Assembly: GCF_036321535.1 (NCBI RefSeq) | Contig: NC_087436.1 | Coordinates: forward strand, 118,484,001-118,548,000 | Source: Camelus dromedarius | Taxonomy: Eukaryota | DNA length: 64,000 nt | Reading direction: 5' to 3' | Shown here: positions 50,930 through 64,000 of the stretch, piece by piece | Position numbering within the stretch: position 1 is the stretch's first letter | How the letters are laid out: the number at the start of each line of letters is the position of its first letter | Position numbers and translations under genes: made by a program | The notes under the pieces: generated by a model | What the model saw: the letters and a program-made list of their open reading frames with translations, nothing else | What the model was told of the DNA's origin: nothing | Database searches by the model: none

Positions 50930-52469
50930 GTGCTTGTTATAAGAAACACCCTGTCTCTTTACGCTGAGTGTTCAGTTAGTTACAAAAGATACACAACGGA
51001 TGCACGGAACAGAACAGATGGGAGCTGTCCAAAGTACCAATAAATAAAGGAAAGCCTCATGCAAACACTGGGCTATTCCCAGCCGCGGGGCAGGCACAGG
51101 GCCTAGTTTCCTGCCTGTCTGATTTGTTAGACCTCCTTCTAGTTAATTCCAGTCCTCCGTCGGCGGCATCGTGTTGCCCTGTCATCGGTAGCCCGTGGTC
51201 CCCTGCGTTTGGCTGTATGTTCTGGAGGACAACAGCCCTGCTTCTCTTATTTTCACTTCCTCATTCAAAGCCCAGTAACTGGGTTATAGCAAATGCTCAG
51301 AAAAACTTGGCTGCCTTTCCAGCAACAATGGTGCAACTTTGGAAATTACTGCAGGGTTACCTTGACCCTGTATTCTACCCAGGGATGTAAATGAAGGTGA
51401 TTCATACCAATCCGGGGCCCCAGACCATACAATTTAGTTTCTGGGAACAGAGGGGGAACCTGGGCCTCGGTGATTTGGAAAATTCACCAAGTGAGTCTGA
51501 TGTTGGCTCCTCAAATGGAGTGAGGTCTTTTAGAGACAGCTGTGGTTTGCAGACGGGCTTCTAGCCTTGGAAACTGATCACCTGGGTTTGAACCAGAGCA
51601 ACTCCATTAAAGGACTGGGTGACTTTAGCCAGTTCACTGACCCACAACTTTGATTTTGCACAACTTGCTAAATTTCTCAGAACCTCAGCTTTCATGTGAA
51701 AAATAGAGATTAAAATACCCAACGGGGGCTGTGGGATAATGCAGGTTAAGACCGATTGCACAGTATCTGTTTAATCGCTTAATGACATTGACATTGAAAA
51801 ACTCCAGGGTTTCATTTCTGATAAATTATTAGGCAAACACCCATGATTCATCTAAAACCCTCTAGTTATGAGTCTTATTTTAAGCAGATATCAGACGATT
51901 CATAACTTCTAGGTTTTTTATTTATTTACTTACTTTATGAGTGTATGCATGCGGGTTAATTTTCCTTTGCTGGTGCAGAAGTTCCAGGGCAGTTCTGCAT
52001 GCAAGAAGCAAGCAGGAAAGTTAATGGCCTCATCAACTGATTAAATAAGTATGACCCAAGACTGGTTCTCAGAGTGTGTGTGTCATAGTTAATTTACTGA
52101 TTGATTGTTTAATTGCCTTAAATTACCACACGGTACTTAGAGATCCATATTCTCTCTTACTTTCCATATTTTCTCGTTGATAGTACAAATGAGAGATGAA
52201 CTTTCTGTGGGTCAGAGGAATATTTAGTCATGAGAAGAAAAGCACCAACAAAACTATTCACGGAAAATCAAACACACACCCAATGAATTGCATTTTCCAT
52301 GTATTTTCTATCCAAAAGGCCTTGATGATTTCATATCCTGTTACTCAGGAAAGTTGTTAAATTTTGTGAAATTTATCAGTCACACAATTAGAATAAGTTG
52401 TAGAATGCTGATTCTCAAAGTGTGATCAGTTCTAACGCAGGTTTCTGGGCTTCTCCCCAGTCTGCTGAG

Positions 52470-52950
52470 TTAGGCAGAGGGATGCTCAGCGTCCCCTCAA
52501 AGATGTCCGCATCCTCATTCCCAGAAGCTGTGAATATGTTACCTTACGTGGCAGAAGGGACTTTGCAGATGTGAAGTAAGTTAAGAGTCTTGAGATGGCT
52601 AGATTGTCCTGATTATGCAGGTGGGCCCAGGGTCATTACAGGGGATGCAGGAGAAGTGGTGTCAGAATGATGCGATGTGAGAAAGACTCAGCCAGCCATC
52701 GCTGGATCTGAAGACGGAGGAAAGGGCCACAAGCCAAGGAATGCAGGTGGCCTCTCGAAGCTGGAAAGGCAAGGAGAGGGATTTTGCCCTGGAGCTTCCA
52801 GGGGAATGTAGACCCAATGACACCTGGATTTTACCCGCCTTGAGCACCATTTTGGACTTCTGACCTCCGGAACTCTAAGATAATACGTTTGCATTGTTTT
52901 CAGCTACTTAGTTTGTGGTCATGTGTTACAATAACAATAGGAAACTCACG
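52470..52950 (+). mobile_element. MaLR LTR (MLT1D-like)
   Basis: GTGAATATGTTACCTTACGTGGCAGAAGGGACTTTGCAGATGTG...CAATAGGAAACT. Confidence 0.85.
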
Positions 52951-53619
52951 CACCACCACACAAAAGTCTGCATTTGTAACAAGGAGTGCAGCAGGTGATG
53001 CAGTCTGTGGCATGAAGGTGAAGAACGCCAACGCTAGAGTCCGTCCAGCAGGTTTTGAAGCCTGGCTCCCCTCCTCACACTCCTCCCGCGCTCTCTGGAG
53101 CCCACTCCAGGCAGCTCGCCCTCGCCCGGCCTCATCTCACCTGTGCTGAGCCCTCGGCAGCAGCGTTGGGCAGACTGGGCTCCCCTCCTCCTTGAAACCC
53201 TCGCTGGACTGTCTTGCTTGTCCTGCCTCCTCAGTGGTGGCTTCTTCTCAGTTTCCTTTGCTGATTACTTCTCATCGCCCTCATGTCCAGACACCAGAGC
53301 CCTGGATGCAATCCGTGGTCCTCTTCTCTGCCTATGTGCAGTCTCTTGGTGATCTCACCCAGTTGCACACTCTCTGCGTAACAACCTGCCTAACTAGCAG
53401 CTTAAAACAAACAACACATACTTCTTCTGTCCCAGTTTCCGTGGGTCAGAAATCCAGGCACAGCTCAGCTGAGTTCTCTCCTAGGGGAATCTCACAGGCT
53501 GCAGTCAGGGCTGCAGCTGGGGTCTCATCCAAAGGCTGGACCAGGGAAGAGTGGCTTCCAAGCCTGCTCTGTGGTTCTTGGCAGGATTCAGTTCCTCCAG
53601 GGTTGTTGGACCGAGGACC

Positions 53620-54035
53620 ATCAATGCCCACATTTATATCCCCAGCTAAGAATCCGTTCCTGAACTCAGCTCTCTAATGTGGTCTCCATCTAGATGACTG
53701 ATAGGCAGGCAAATTGAGTGTGTCTGAAACAGAGCTGTTGACCTTCCTGCTCTGCCCACTGTCTTTCTCCATCTTTCCATTCGGCTGGACAGACAACCTC
53801 AGGTATCCTTGACTCCTCTTTCTTACACAGCTTCTATCCAGTTGACAGGGAATTGCATGATTCTACCTTCAGTCTGATCCAGACTGTAACCTCTTTCCAT
53901 TACCTCCACTCTGAGCATCCTGGTCAATGCCACCACACCTCTCGTCTGGATCTCTATGACAGCTGGCACTCTGGTGTCTCTGAATCCACTGACCCCTTGA
54001 AGTCTATTCCTAACCCCTAGCCAGAGTGATGCTGT
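53620..54035 (-). mobile_element. L2 fragment, host of the L1 insertion; appears to resume near 56660-57100
   Basis: CCTTGACTCCTCTTTC, GCCAGAGTGAT; downstream CTCTGCTCGAAACTCC. Confidence 0.6.
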
Positions 54036-54041
54036 CACTAA

Positions 54042-54878
54042 ATTTTTTTTCTTCCGGTTTTATTGAGATATAATCTACACACAGCACTGTGTAAGGCATA
54101 CAGCATAATGATTTGACTTACATACGTCATGAAACGATTACCACAATAAGTTCAGTGACATCCATCATCTTTGTAGATACAAATTTAAAGAAAAGGAAAA
54201 AAAATTGTTTTCCTTGTGATGAGAACTCTTAGGATTTACTCTTCTAACAGCTTTCATATATAACATGCAGTGGTTCAAATTACATTTATCGTGTTGCACA
54301 TTACATCCCTAGCATTACTTACCTTACAGCTGGCAGCTTGCATCCTTTGACTGCTTTCATCCAGTTCCTCCTTCCCCCATCCTCACCTCTGGTGACCGCA
54401 ATCTGGTGTCTTTTTATTATAAGGTGGTTTGCTTCTTTGTTTTTGAAGTGTGATTGACCTACAACACTGTTATTTCCTGTTACATAACGTAGTGATTCGA
54501 TATTTCTGTACCTTTCAAAATGATTGCCATGGTAAGTCTAGTTACAACCTGTCACCATACAAAGACATTAATTATTGACTATATTCCCTACACTGTACAT
54601 TTCATACCTGTGACTCATTTATTTTGCAGCTGAAGTTTGTACCTCTTAATCTCCCTCACCTGTCACCTCTGTCAGCCACCTGTTCTCTTAATCTATCACT
54701 GTTTCAGTTTCATTACATTCGATCATTTGTTTTGTTTTGGGGTTCCACATATAAGTGAAATCATACCATATTTGTCTTTCTCTGTCTCTTTCTTCACTTA
54801 GTGTAATACCCTCTAGGTCTGTCCATGTTGTCATGAATGGCAAGATTTCATTTCTTTTTAATGGCTGTGTAGTATTCC

Positions 54879-54916
<38 letters not shown>

Positions 54917-56650
54917 CATATGCATATATCACATCTTTTTTATCGATTCTTCTATAGATGGGCACTGAGTTTACTTCCATATCATGGCTATTGTAAATAA
55001 GATTGCAGTGAACATAGGGATGCAGATAGTTTTTCAAATCAGTGTTTTCATTTTATGTGGATAAACACCCAGGAGTGGAATTGCTGGATTGCAGAGGTAG
55101 TTCTATTTTTAATATTTTGAGCAATCGCCATAGTGTTTTCCACAGTTTCTGCACTAAGTTACATCCCCGCCAGTAATGCATGAGGGTTCCCTTTTCTCCA
55201 CATCCTCACCAATGCTTGTTATTTGTTGTCTCTTTGATGATGGCCACTCTGCCAGGTGCGAGGTGGCACCTCGCTGCAGGTTTGATTTGGCATTCCCCTG
55301 ATGATTAGCAGTGCTGAGCATCTCTTCACGTGCCTGTTGGTCATCTGTATTTCTTCTTTGGAAAAATGTCTTTTCAGATCCTCTGCCCATTTTTTAATTA
55401 GGTTGTTTGTTTTTCTGATGTTGATTTATGTTAGTTCTTTGTATATTTTAGATATGAACCCCTTTATGGGACATATCCTTTGCAAATGTCTTCCCCCATT
55501 CAGTAGGCAGCCTTTTCATTTCATTGATAGTTTCCTTCACTGTGCAAAAGCTTTTTAGTTTGATTTAGTCCCATTTGTTTATTTTTGCTTTTGTATTCCT
55601 TGCCTGAGGAGACATATCCAAAAAATTACCTAAGACCACTGGTGGGCAGAGCCAGGTCCTGTCCTGGGGTCTCTGGCTGCAGGGCCCCGGGGGTCCCTGA
55701 GTGGGTGTTGGTCTGCTGGTGGGTGAGGCAGGGTCCTGAGTCCTTAGGTGGCCGGGTCCTGGGCCAGCTGGAGCTCAGGGAGTCCTCAGCCAGTTGGCCT
55801 GCTGGTAGGTGGGGCTGTGTCGCTGCTGCTTGGCCCGAAGTGTCCCAGCCCTGGTGCTGATGAGCTGGTGGGCTGAAGGGAGGCCTCCAGAATGGGGCTT
55901 ACCCATACCAGTGTCCGCCTGGTAGAATGAGCTCCCAAAATGGCTTCTGCCAGTGTCTGTGTCCCGGGCTGTGCTCCAGTTGCCTGCTATCTCTCTGGGA
56001 AGCTCTCCAAGATTAACAGGTGGGTCTTTTCAAATTACTGCTTCTGGGGGAGGGTATAGCTTGGTGGTAGAGTGCGTGCTTGGTACACACAAGGTCCTGG
56101 GTTCAATCCCCAGTACCTCCACTTCAAAAATAAGTAAACCTAATTACGTCCCCCCCCAAAAACAAAAACAGAAAAAAAAATCTTAAAAAAAAATTCCTGC
56201 TTCTGCCCTGGGTCCTGGAATGTGTGAGATTTTGTGTGCACCCTGTAAGGGCAGAGTTTCTATTTCCCACTGCCCTCTGGGTCTCCTGAAAGTAAACCCT
56301 GCTGGCCTTCAGATCCAAACACCTGGTGGCTCATCTTCCTGGTGCAGGACCGCCAGGCTGGGGAGCCCAGTGTGGGCCTCGGATCCCTCGCTCCTTGGGG
56401 AGAGCCTCTAGAATTGTAATCAACCTCCTGCTCATGGGTCTCCCACCTGCAGGTGTGGGACTTGACTAACCGTGATGCTCCCCGTTCCCCATCTCGTTGT
56501 GGTTCCTTCTTTTTACCTGTAGCTGTTGATGCTTTCTGCTAGTCTTCTGGTCTTCCTCATCAGTGGGTACAGCTCTGTAAATAGCTGTAATGTGATGTGC
56601 CTGTGGGAAGAGTGAGCCCGGCGCCTTCCTCTTCTGCCGTCTTGGCCAAT
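54042..56650 (-). mobile_element. L1 with 3' end joined directly to a 5'-UTR-like segment (internally deleted)
   Basis: Poly-T and L1 3' UTR/ORF2 end 54042-55635; GC-rich L1 5'-UTR-like sequence 55636-56650 whose minus strand begins GGCCAAGACGGCAGAAGAG. Confidence 0.75.
56047..56190 (+). mobile_element. tRNA-derived SINE, vic-1-like, nested in L1
   Basis: GGGGAGGGTATAGCT...GGTTCAATCCCCAGTACCTCC...CCTAATTAC; TSD AAATT(A/C)CTGCTTCTG at 56032-56046 and 56191-56205. Confidence 0.9.
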
Positions 56651-58308
56651 CCCTGCTCCAGAGTGATAACTTCTAAAACATATTCTGTATCATTCATTTT
56701 TAAGATGCAGATTTTAATAACATTTTAACGTCTCTGAAATTGAGCTGCATCTTAATTTAATTGGCAGTGATTTCTGTCTCTACTTGGTACCCAGAATAAC
56801 TGCATCTCATAATCACTGGCACATTAGATTGGGTAAAAGACACTGTCACATTGTGACATTTCTCTGCTCGAAACTCCCTTCTCATTTCATGCAGCGTGGA
56901 AGTCAGCGTCCTCGCCGTGCCCTACACGGTCCCGCGTGTCAGGACCTGGTTGTCCTCTGGCCTCCTCGCTGTCTCCCCGAGCTCGCTCCACGCCAGCCTC
57001 CCCCGTGTCCTTGTGCTCTGCCAGCTCCCTGGGCGCCCCTGCCTCGCTCTTCCTGCTTCTGGTCTTTCTCCTGTCCCGCCTTCACCATGAAGCCTGCTCT
57101 GACCATGCTTTTAAATCTGCAGTGCCTCCCTGCCCCAGCCCTCCAGTGTTTGCCTCAGCTGTTGGCTGTACCGCCTGCCCCACCTGTAAATCCACACTGT
57201 TAGTAGGAAAGTGCTCGAAACTCTTAGCGTGTAGCAGCCATGCACCGACCACTGGTTCCTTCTCCCTTCCTCTCCTTAGTAAGTGAAAATTTGAAACAGA
57301 GTAAACATACTGGAAACCACAAAATGACCCGGTAGCACTGAACAGGGCCAGCACTCTAGCCCACTGAAGCAGCTTTTTGCCTCTGAATTTAAGCGTTCAC
57401 AAACCTGCCTTCTTTAATGTTGAAGAAGGTGGTGACAGTGGCAGGTGCCCTCCAGTCTGACGATCTCTGTCCTCTTCAGCATCTTTGGATCCTGTTGCTA
57501 GTTTTTTTAACTGTGTTCTCAAAATGCACACCGAAGACCCTCATGGCCCTTAGTGACAATGTTGATTTACCTTGTAGAAAATCTAGACTGTGTAGAATTT
57601 TCTAGAATGTTCCGGTTTCCCAAGCACTTCGACAGATGATTGAGACTCCTCCCAAGAGGAGCCAGAGACTGAGTTTAATGAAAAGTTCTGGGTGGCACGG
57701 TGTGATCCTGTGGGACTCAGTGTAAGCGCTATGATCGCCAGGCCCAGGGAGCTGAGGTCCGGGCTTCTGCCTTCCACCTGCACGCAGCACGGCCATCTCC
57801 AGGCTGCTGGAGGGAGAGCCCTTTGAAAAGCCACACATGTGGGAAGGTGAGAGTTTCCTCTTGGTGACTGGGTCCTTGGTGTAACACAAGCCAGCTACAT
57901 GTTTCCAGGTGCCTGCTTCTCCTCGTGGTGCAAGATAGGCAGGGAGGAGCTTTAGAGACAGACAGACTTAAGTTTGAGTCTCTGCCCCACGTTTTCATGT
58001 ATTAGCTGTGTGGCCTTGGACCTCACAGCATTTTCACAGGTGAAGCCTCCTGAAGACGAGCTAACATCCAAAATTACAAAACACACAAGGAACAACACAC
58101 CACAGGTGAGAGCCAGCATGGCCAGCGCACGCCAAGCTTAGACCACAACCAGCACCAAGGAATTCAGATGAAGAGACTGTTAGAGCTTAAAAAGGAATTA
58201 TGTTTAAAACATTAAAAAACAACAGAAGGAATGATTAGCATGAAAACGAGACATGCTGAAAAAAGCAGACGAAAAACCATATGCTTTTGCAAACGAAAAT
58301 TATAGTTG

Positions 58309-58538
58309 TTACAAATACACACTACTATATATAAAACAGATTGAACAGCAAGGACCTACCGTACAGCACAGGGAACTATATTCACTATGTTATAATAACC
58401 TATAATGGAAAAGAATCTGAAAAAGAATCTACACATATGTTTATGTACAACTGAATCACTTTGCTGTACACGTGAAACTAACACAACACTGTAGATCAAC
58501 TATACTTCAGTAAAAGTAAGTTAATTCTTAAAAAAAAT
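58309..58538 (+). mobile_element. Short L1 3' tail with 13-bp TSD, nested in older LINE sequence (about 58060-59690)
   Basis: CACAGGGAACTATATTC...TATACTTCA; AAAATTATAGTTG at 58296-58308 and 58539-58551. Confidence 0.85.
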
Positions 58539-59731
58539 AAAATTATAGTTGAGAAAACAGAAATGTAATGGATGAGTTAAACAGCAGATTAAATATGGCT
58601 GAAGACGCAGTGTGTGAACTAGAAGCTACGTGTGAGAGAGTGGCCCAGAATACAGCAGGAGAGCTAAAGAGATAGAGAATGTGAGCGGTGAAGGGACAGG
58701 AACAGAATGAGAAGGTCCTGGAGGGACCTCCTCAATCTTTCAGGAATTCTAGGAAGAAAGGATGGAGAGAGTGGAGGAGAGATAATATTCAAAGGGATAA
58801 GGGATAAGGAATTTTCGGACGTGCTGACAGTCATAAACCCTAAGGTAAAAGAAATGCTGATTAACTTTAGATTTGTGGAGACAGGAATATATGTCAAAAA
58901 TGTAAAACTATGGAAGGAATAGAAATAGAATAGAAGGTAACTTTCAAAGCAGTAGAGGACAATAGTGAAATAAAGATTTTCTTCAGAATAAAAGCTACAT
59001 GGTGACCAGTAAAATAAGTCTGACTGATGTTTATAAGAGCCTGATGGAGCTTAATTATAAAACGTTATTGAAGGGATAAAGAAAGAATTGAGAGAAATGC
59101 CTGACCCTTGGATAGGAAAACTCAGTTTTGGAAAGACAGCGATTCTCTACACATTAATCTAGCAATTCAATCAAATTACAAGGAAATCCAAGAGTTGTTT
59201 ACCCAAACTGGATAAACTGATTCTAAAATTCACATGTATAGAAAAACAACCAAGAACAGCCAAGACAGTTTTGTACAAGAGAACCTGGGAAGACTCGCCC
59301 TAGCAGTGGTGAAGTCCTGCGATAAACTACAGGAATTAAAGCAGGGAGTTATTGGTACGGAAATGAACAGACAGACCCACAGAATAAAAGAGTCTGGAAT
59401 GAGATTCATGTACATATGGAAACTATCAGACAAGGTGGCGTCGACAGGCCAGTCATAAAAAAGATAAATGGTGCTGGGACAATTAGCATCCATTTATCCA
59501 GAGACAATTAAATCCCTTCCTCATGCCACAGAAAATATATATTAAATGGCTTTAAGATGTACATGCAAATAGGAAATTTTTTAAAACTTTAGAAGAAAGT
59601 ATAAGAGAGAATTTAATTAAATCAAAGGAGAAGGGGATTTTTAAAAATAAGAAACAAAACTTTGATCCAACAAAGTAATGATGAATGAAATGAAATTGAG
59701 TTGACCCCTGTCCCTCTGTCCTGGGGTCTAG

Positions 59732-59841
59732 GTGTGGATGGAGGAGCACACACTGTCCACTGTGCTGCAGGCACACCTGCGGGACGACCATGAGAGCATC
59801 ATCCACCGAGTCTTGGGCCACCTTGGCGGCCTCAGTGAAGA
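59732..59841 (+). CDS. EVC: EVC exon 13
   Basis: tctag|[41 protein letters not shown]|gtgagt. Confidence 0.95.
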
Positions 59842-60129
59842 GTGAGTGTGGCTTTCTGGAGGGTGGGGGCTTTGTGTCCTGTGTGAGACTCCATGCTAGC
59901 CTCAGTGTCCTCATCTGTAAGGTGGATGTTGTAACTGCCTTCCTGCCTCCCTGACAGCATGGTTTGAGACCAACCGAATTGTAACTATAGCTGTGAAATA
60001 GAGTGACAACAGAAGGCCGTGGATGAAAGCTTGCTGTCAGAATTGATGTGGGCACATGACTTAGTTCTTACCCCCAATTTCTTCAACCATAAAATGGGAC
60101 TACTAATACCTACCTCATAGAGTTGTCTT

Positions 60130-62000
60130 TTGTAAAAACTTTTTAGACATATTTTTTGAGGTACAATTTACATACATTAAGTGTACAATTCAATGCTTTT
60201 CAGTAAATTTACAGAGTTCTACACTGATCACCGTGATCCAAATTTAGAACATTTCCATCACCCCAAAAAAGACCTCTTGTGCCCATTTCAATCATTCTCC
60301 ATTTATTAATACATTTAATATATTTTAAATGTTTTTATACAGTTATTAGTATGGTATAATTTTTCAGCAAGCTTACTTATTTTCCTTATTTCATAGGAGA
60401 AAAATTATTTTGATATAACTAATTTTCTAGTTGCCCAGCCTTTTCCAGGAAACTATTTTTTGTATACATCAAGAAGCAGATGGATAGCTATATTATTGGA
60501 TAATACAGGGAAAGCATCAGAAGAAGATGAAAACAAGTGAATAAAAACTGGTGAGCAGTGTTAAGGACAATAGTGAGCAATCAAAAGATTTGTCTAGCCT
60601 CAAAACCTGTGTCTTTTCATTGTAGTAATACATAATCCATTTATATTTAATGTAAAACTTCTTGGTAATGTATTTGGATTTTTAATTTATCATTTTACTA
60701 ATTGTTTTATGTTTGTCCCACCTGCTCTATATTCCTTTTTCTCTTCTCTCTTCCCTTCTTTTGGATTAGTTATTTTATTATTTCCTATTTTATCTCTCTT
60801 TTGGCTTGTTATTTATATGATTTTAATGGTTCAGAGATTTTGAACTGCATCCCTGATGTGTCACAATCTAATGTACGTTAATATATTCCTTCTTCCAGGA
60901 CAGTGCAGACACCTAAGAACGCCTTAATTCCATTTATTCCTCCCTCACAGATTATGCTTTTCTTATTGGGTATTTTACATCTCTCTTTATTTTCAACTCA
61001 CTGAGATATTATTTTTGGTTTATGCCATCAGTATTTATTTAGATTTACCCCTTCTGTTGCTCTTGATTCTTTGCTGTATCTTTAAGTTTCCATCTGGCAT
61101 TATTTTCTTTTGCATGGAGGATCTCTTTGTTTTAGATTTGCTAGTGACAAATTCTCTTAGGCTTTGTTTATCTGAAAATATCTGTCTCGTCTTCATTTTT
61201 AAGGAATGTTTTCATTGGGCATAGAATCCTAGTCTAGTTGTTATCTTTTAAATACTTTTAAAGATAATCTTTTATCTTTTGATTTCAATTGTTTCTGGCT
61301 ACTTTAAAATTTTTCTTTTGTTCTTTGGTTTTCATCTGTTAATGATGATATGCTTAAACTGGAGGTGGGTTATTTTGTGTGTGCATATATTGCTTGCTTG
61401 TTTTGAATAAATCTGCAGTGCTTCTCGAATCTGTGATTTGCTGTCTTTTATTAGTTTTCGAAAATTCTGAGCCATTATCTCTTTAAATATTCCTTCTGTC
61501 CGTGTTCTTCCTACTTTTCCTGGGCTTCAATTACACATTTATGAGAACTTTTCACCTTATGTCATTTGTCTCTTACATGCTGTTCTGTATTTTTCATTCT
61601 TTTGTTCCCTGTGGTTCAGTCTAGATGGTTATTTTGAGCTGTCTTCCCGTTCACTCTCTCTTTAGCTGTGTCTTATCTGCTGTTAAGCCATCTACTGAAT
61701 TCTTAATGTTGGTTACTGTGTTTTCAGTTCTAGAATTTCCATTTTAGTTTTTTCATCATTTTCAGTTATCTGCTAAAATTCATCTTATCATTCAATTTCC
61801 TAAACGTGTTCATCATAGCTGATTATCCAATATCTTGTGGGTATGTTTCTGTTGTCTGTTTTTTCTGTTTATTTTTGGTCGGGTCTTATCTGTTTGCACA
61901 TCTACTCATTTTTATTGAATGCTGCACACTCTTATTAAAAATTGTGGAGATAATTTAAGACTTTGAGTGATGGAATCTTTCTCCAGAGAGAATTACTTCT
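60130..62000 (-). mobile_element. Old L1/HAL1-like fragments
   Basis: T-rich; CAAATTCTCTTAGGCTTTGTTTATCTGAAAAT, GCCATTATCTCTTTAAATATT. Confidence 0.6.
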
Positions 62001-62552
62001 AGTAGGGATTTCAGACAGTGGCAGATCAACCACTCCATTTGTGAATTTATCTGATTCAAAGTGAGGTCTTTGCAAGGGGCGATTCCTTATTCCTAGGATG
62101 CGGGCCCCCAGCTGGAAGCCTGGGGTGTTTGCCAGGTCTCTCCTCCTTGGGAAGCAGACTGCCAGGGCTCTGTTCAGCTTTCTGGGCTGTCAGAAAGGAC
62201 TGCAATTATAAAACCAAATGCTGAGCTTCTCTGGTGGACCAAGGTTTTCTACTTGACTCATGGAGATGGGAACTCAAAAATAGCTCATGATTTCAGTTTT
62301 GGAAGTATTAATTTTGAGATTTATGTAAGAAATTTGAGTGGAGATGTACTGAAGGCAGCTGCATATATGCATCTGAACCTTGGGACAGATGTGATAAGGT
62401 TGAAAAGATTAATAAAAGAACAGATTGCTGAATATAACCGAGGTAAGCACCCATGTCTGAGAGGATGGTCAGCAGAGGACAGGATAATTCCAACTTAACC
62501 ACTTCTGGAAAGGCTCCCTGTGGGCTGTGACTGTTTGGGGTGTTTCTTGGTA

Positions 62553-63046
62553 GGTATTAGTCAGGATTCTCCAAAGAAAAAGAACCAGTAAATGTAGATA
62601 TAGATAGAGATTTAGAAGCTGAGAGGTCCCAAGACCTGCAGATGGAGACTCAGTAGAACCAATATATAGTTTCACTCCCAAGTCTGAAGACGTGACAAAT
62701 GAAGAGGGCTGATGGTGCAAGCTCCAGTCTGAAGGCCAGCAGTCTCAAGATCCAAGAAGAGCCAGTGTTTCAGTTTAAGTCCAAAGACAGGAGAAACCCA
62801 CGACCCATTCAAGGCAGTTGGGCAGGAGGAGTTCCCTCTTACTTGTGAGTAAGAAGGCTTTTCTTCTCTTCAGACCATCAACTGATTGGATGAGGCCCAC
62901 CACATTAGGGAGGACAGTCTACTCAGTCTACCAATTCAAATGTTAATCTCTAGAAAAACCCTCACAGAATCTCTCAGAATGATGTTTGATCAGACGTCAG
63001 GCATCCCGGAGCCCAGTCAAGTTAACACATAAAATTAACCGTCACA
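62553..63046 (-). mobile_element. ERVL LTR (MLT2-like), ending 58 bp before exon 14
   Basis: GTATTAGTCAGGATTCTCC...GATTGGATGAGGCCCACCACATT...CAAGTTAACACATAAAATTAACCGTCACA. Confidence 0.85.
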
Positions 63047-63104
63047 CTCAGTGAAGCCAAGAGCAATGACCAACCCCCGGCTCCCCCACCCACTTTCTCC
63101 AAAG

Positions 63105-63315
63105 GTCCACGCAGTGCATCCTGCAGGGGCGTGAGCTGCTCCTGCGCTCAGCAATCCGGCGGCTGGCTCTCCGCGGCAGCGCCATCACCACCCTGACCCA
63201 GATGAGACTGTCCGGGAAGAAGACCCTTCTCCAGGAGCTGCGTGAACAGCACGCCCTGGAGCAGGGCTCCTCCCAGTGTCTGGACGAGCATCAGTGGCAG
63301 CTGCTCAGAGCCTTG
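63105..63315 (+). CDS. EVC: EVC exon 14
   Basis: caaag|[71 protein letters not shown]; |gtaaga. Confidence 0.95.
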
Positions 63316-64000
63316 GTAAGATGTGCACCAGCCCCCCGCCCGTCCCAGGCAGGAGCGCTGCATCCTCAGCTTCCAGGTTCCAGCCCAGTCAGCCAGAAAC
63401 TCAGCTCTGCCCCGCCCCCCACCCACCCCCCTGTTGTGTGGTGGGGACAGTGGCAGCCTCCTGTCAGGGGACAACCTGTGCCCAAAGCTTCTAGTGTACA
63501 TTATCATGAGAGTTACACTAAAAAAGCGTATGAAGTCAGGGCACAGACAGGTAGAGTCATCATTGGGGGTTGGGAGAAAAGGGCTCCGTAGTCTGTTTTA
63601 AAGTCTTAACAAATTGAAAGAAAGACTTTGCAAATTGCACAGCTGGGATTTTAACCCAAGCAGGCTGACTCCAGGTCTCACGGAGCCGCTGAGCTGTAGG
63701 AGCAGCTGATGTCTTTGACCCACTGGGGAGGGACAAGCTCACAGCCTCTGTTGCCCTGCCCAGGAGGGCTTGGGGGGACGCACGCAGGACTTCCTGCCCT
63801 GCCTCTGACTCCCCTCACCGCCTTCTCCGACTCATTCCTACAACGAAAGGAAACCTCTGGGCCCCAGTTTCCCTGCCTTGGCTTCCATGATGTATCAGAT
63901 TACTCTCAGACTCAGATGTGACTTCAAAACCCAGCTCTTCTGTGTGACTTTTAGAAAGTTACTTAACGTCTCTGAGCCTCTATGTCCTCATCATTCCTGG

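Overview
Mammalian genomic DNA, most likely camelid because three copies of a tRNA-derived SINE resemble the Camelidae vic-1 family. It covers the head-to-head Ellis-van Creveld locus. On the minus strand is coding exon 1 of EVC2/LIMBIN (5160-5351; the rest lies left of the window). On the plus strand are EVC coding exons 1-14 (8026-63315), all with GT-AG sites, splicing to an uninterrupted 2097-nt frame (699 aa; the gene continues past the window). The two ATGs are 2675 bp apart, each in a CpG island. Introns hold L1, L2, MIR, MaLR/ERV LTRs, DNA transposon relics, a U6 retrocopy and simple repeats. Almost all six-frame ORFs are spurious. I see no convincing new biological system. The best leads are two uORFs in front of EVC, a shared 12-bp motif and a Z-DNA tract in the divergent promoter, a candidate alternative EVC2 first-exon donor, an internally deleted L1 in a SINE-in-L1-in-L2 nest, and two related solo LTRs bracketing the in-frame exon 9-11 block. 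Gene and repeat names come from memory of reference sequences, not from searches.
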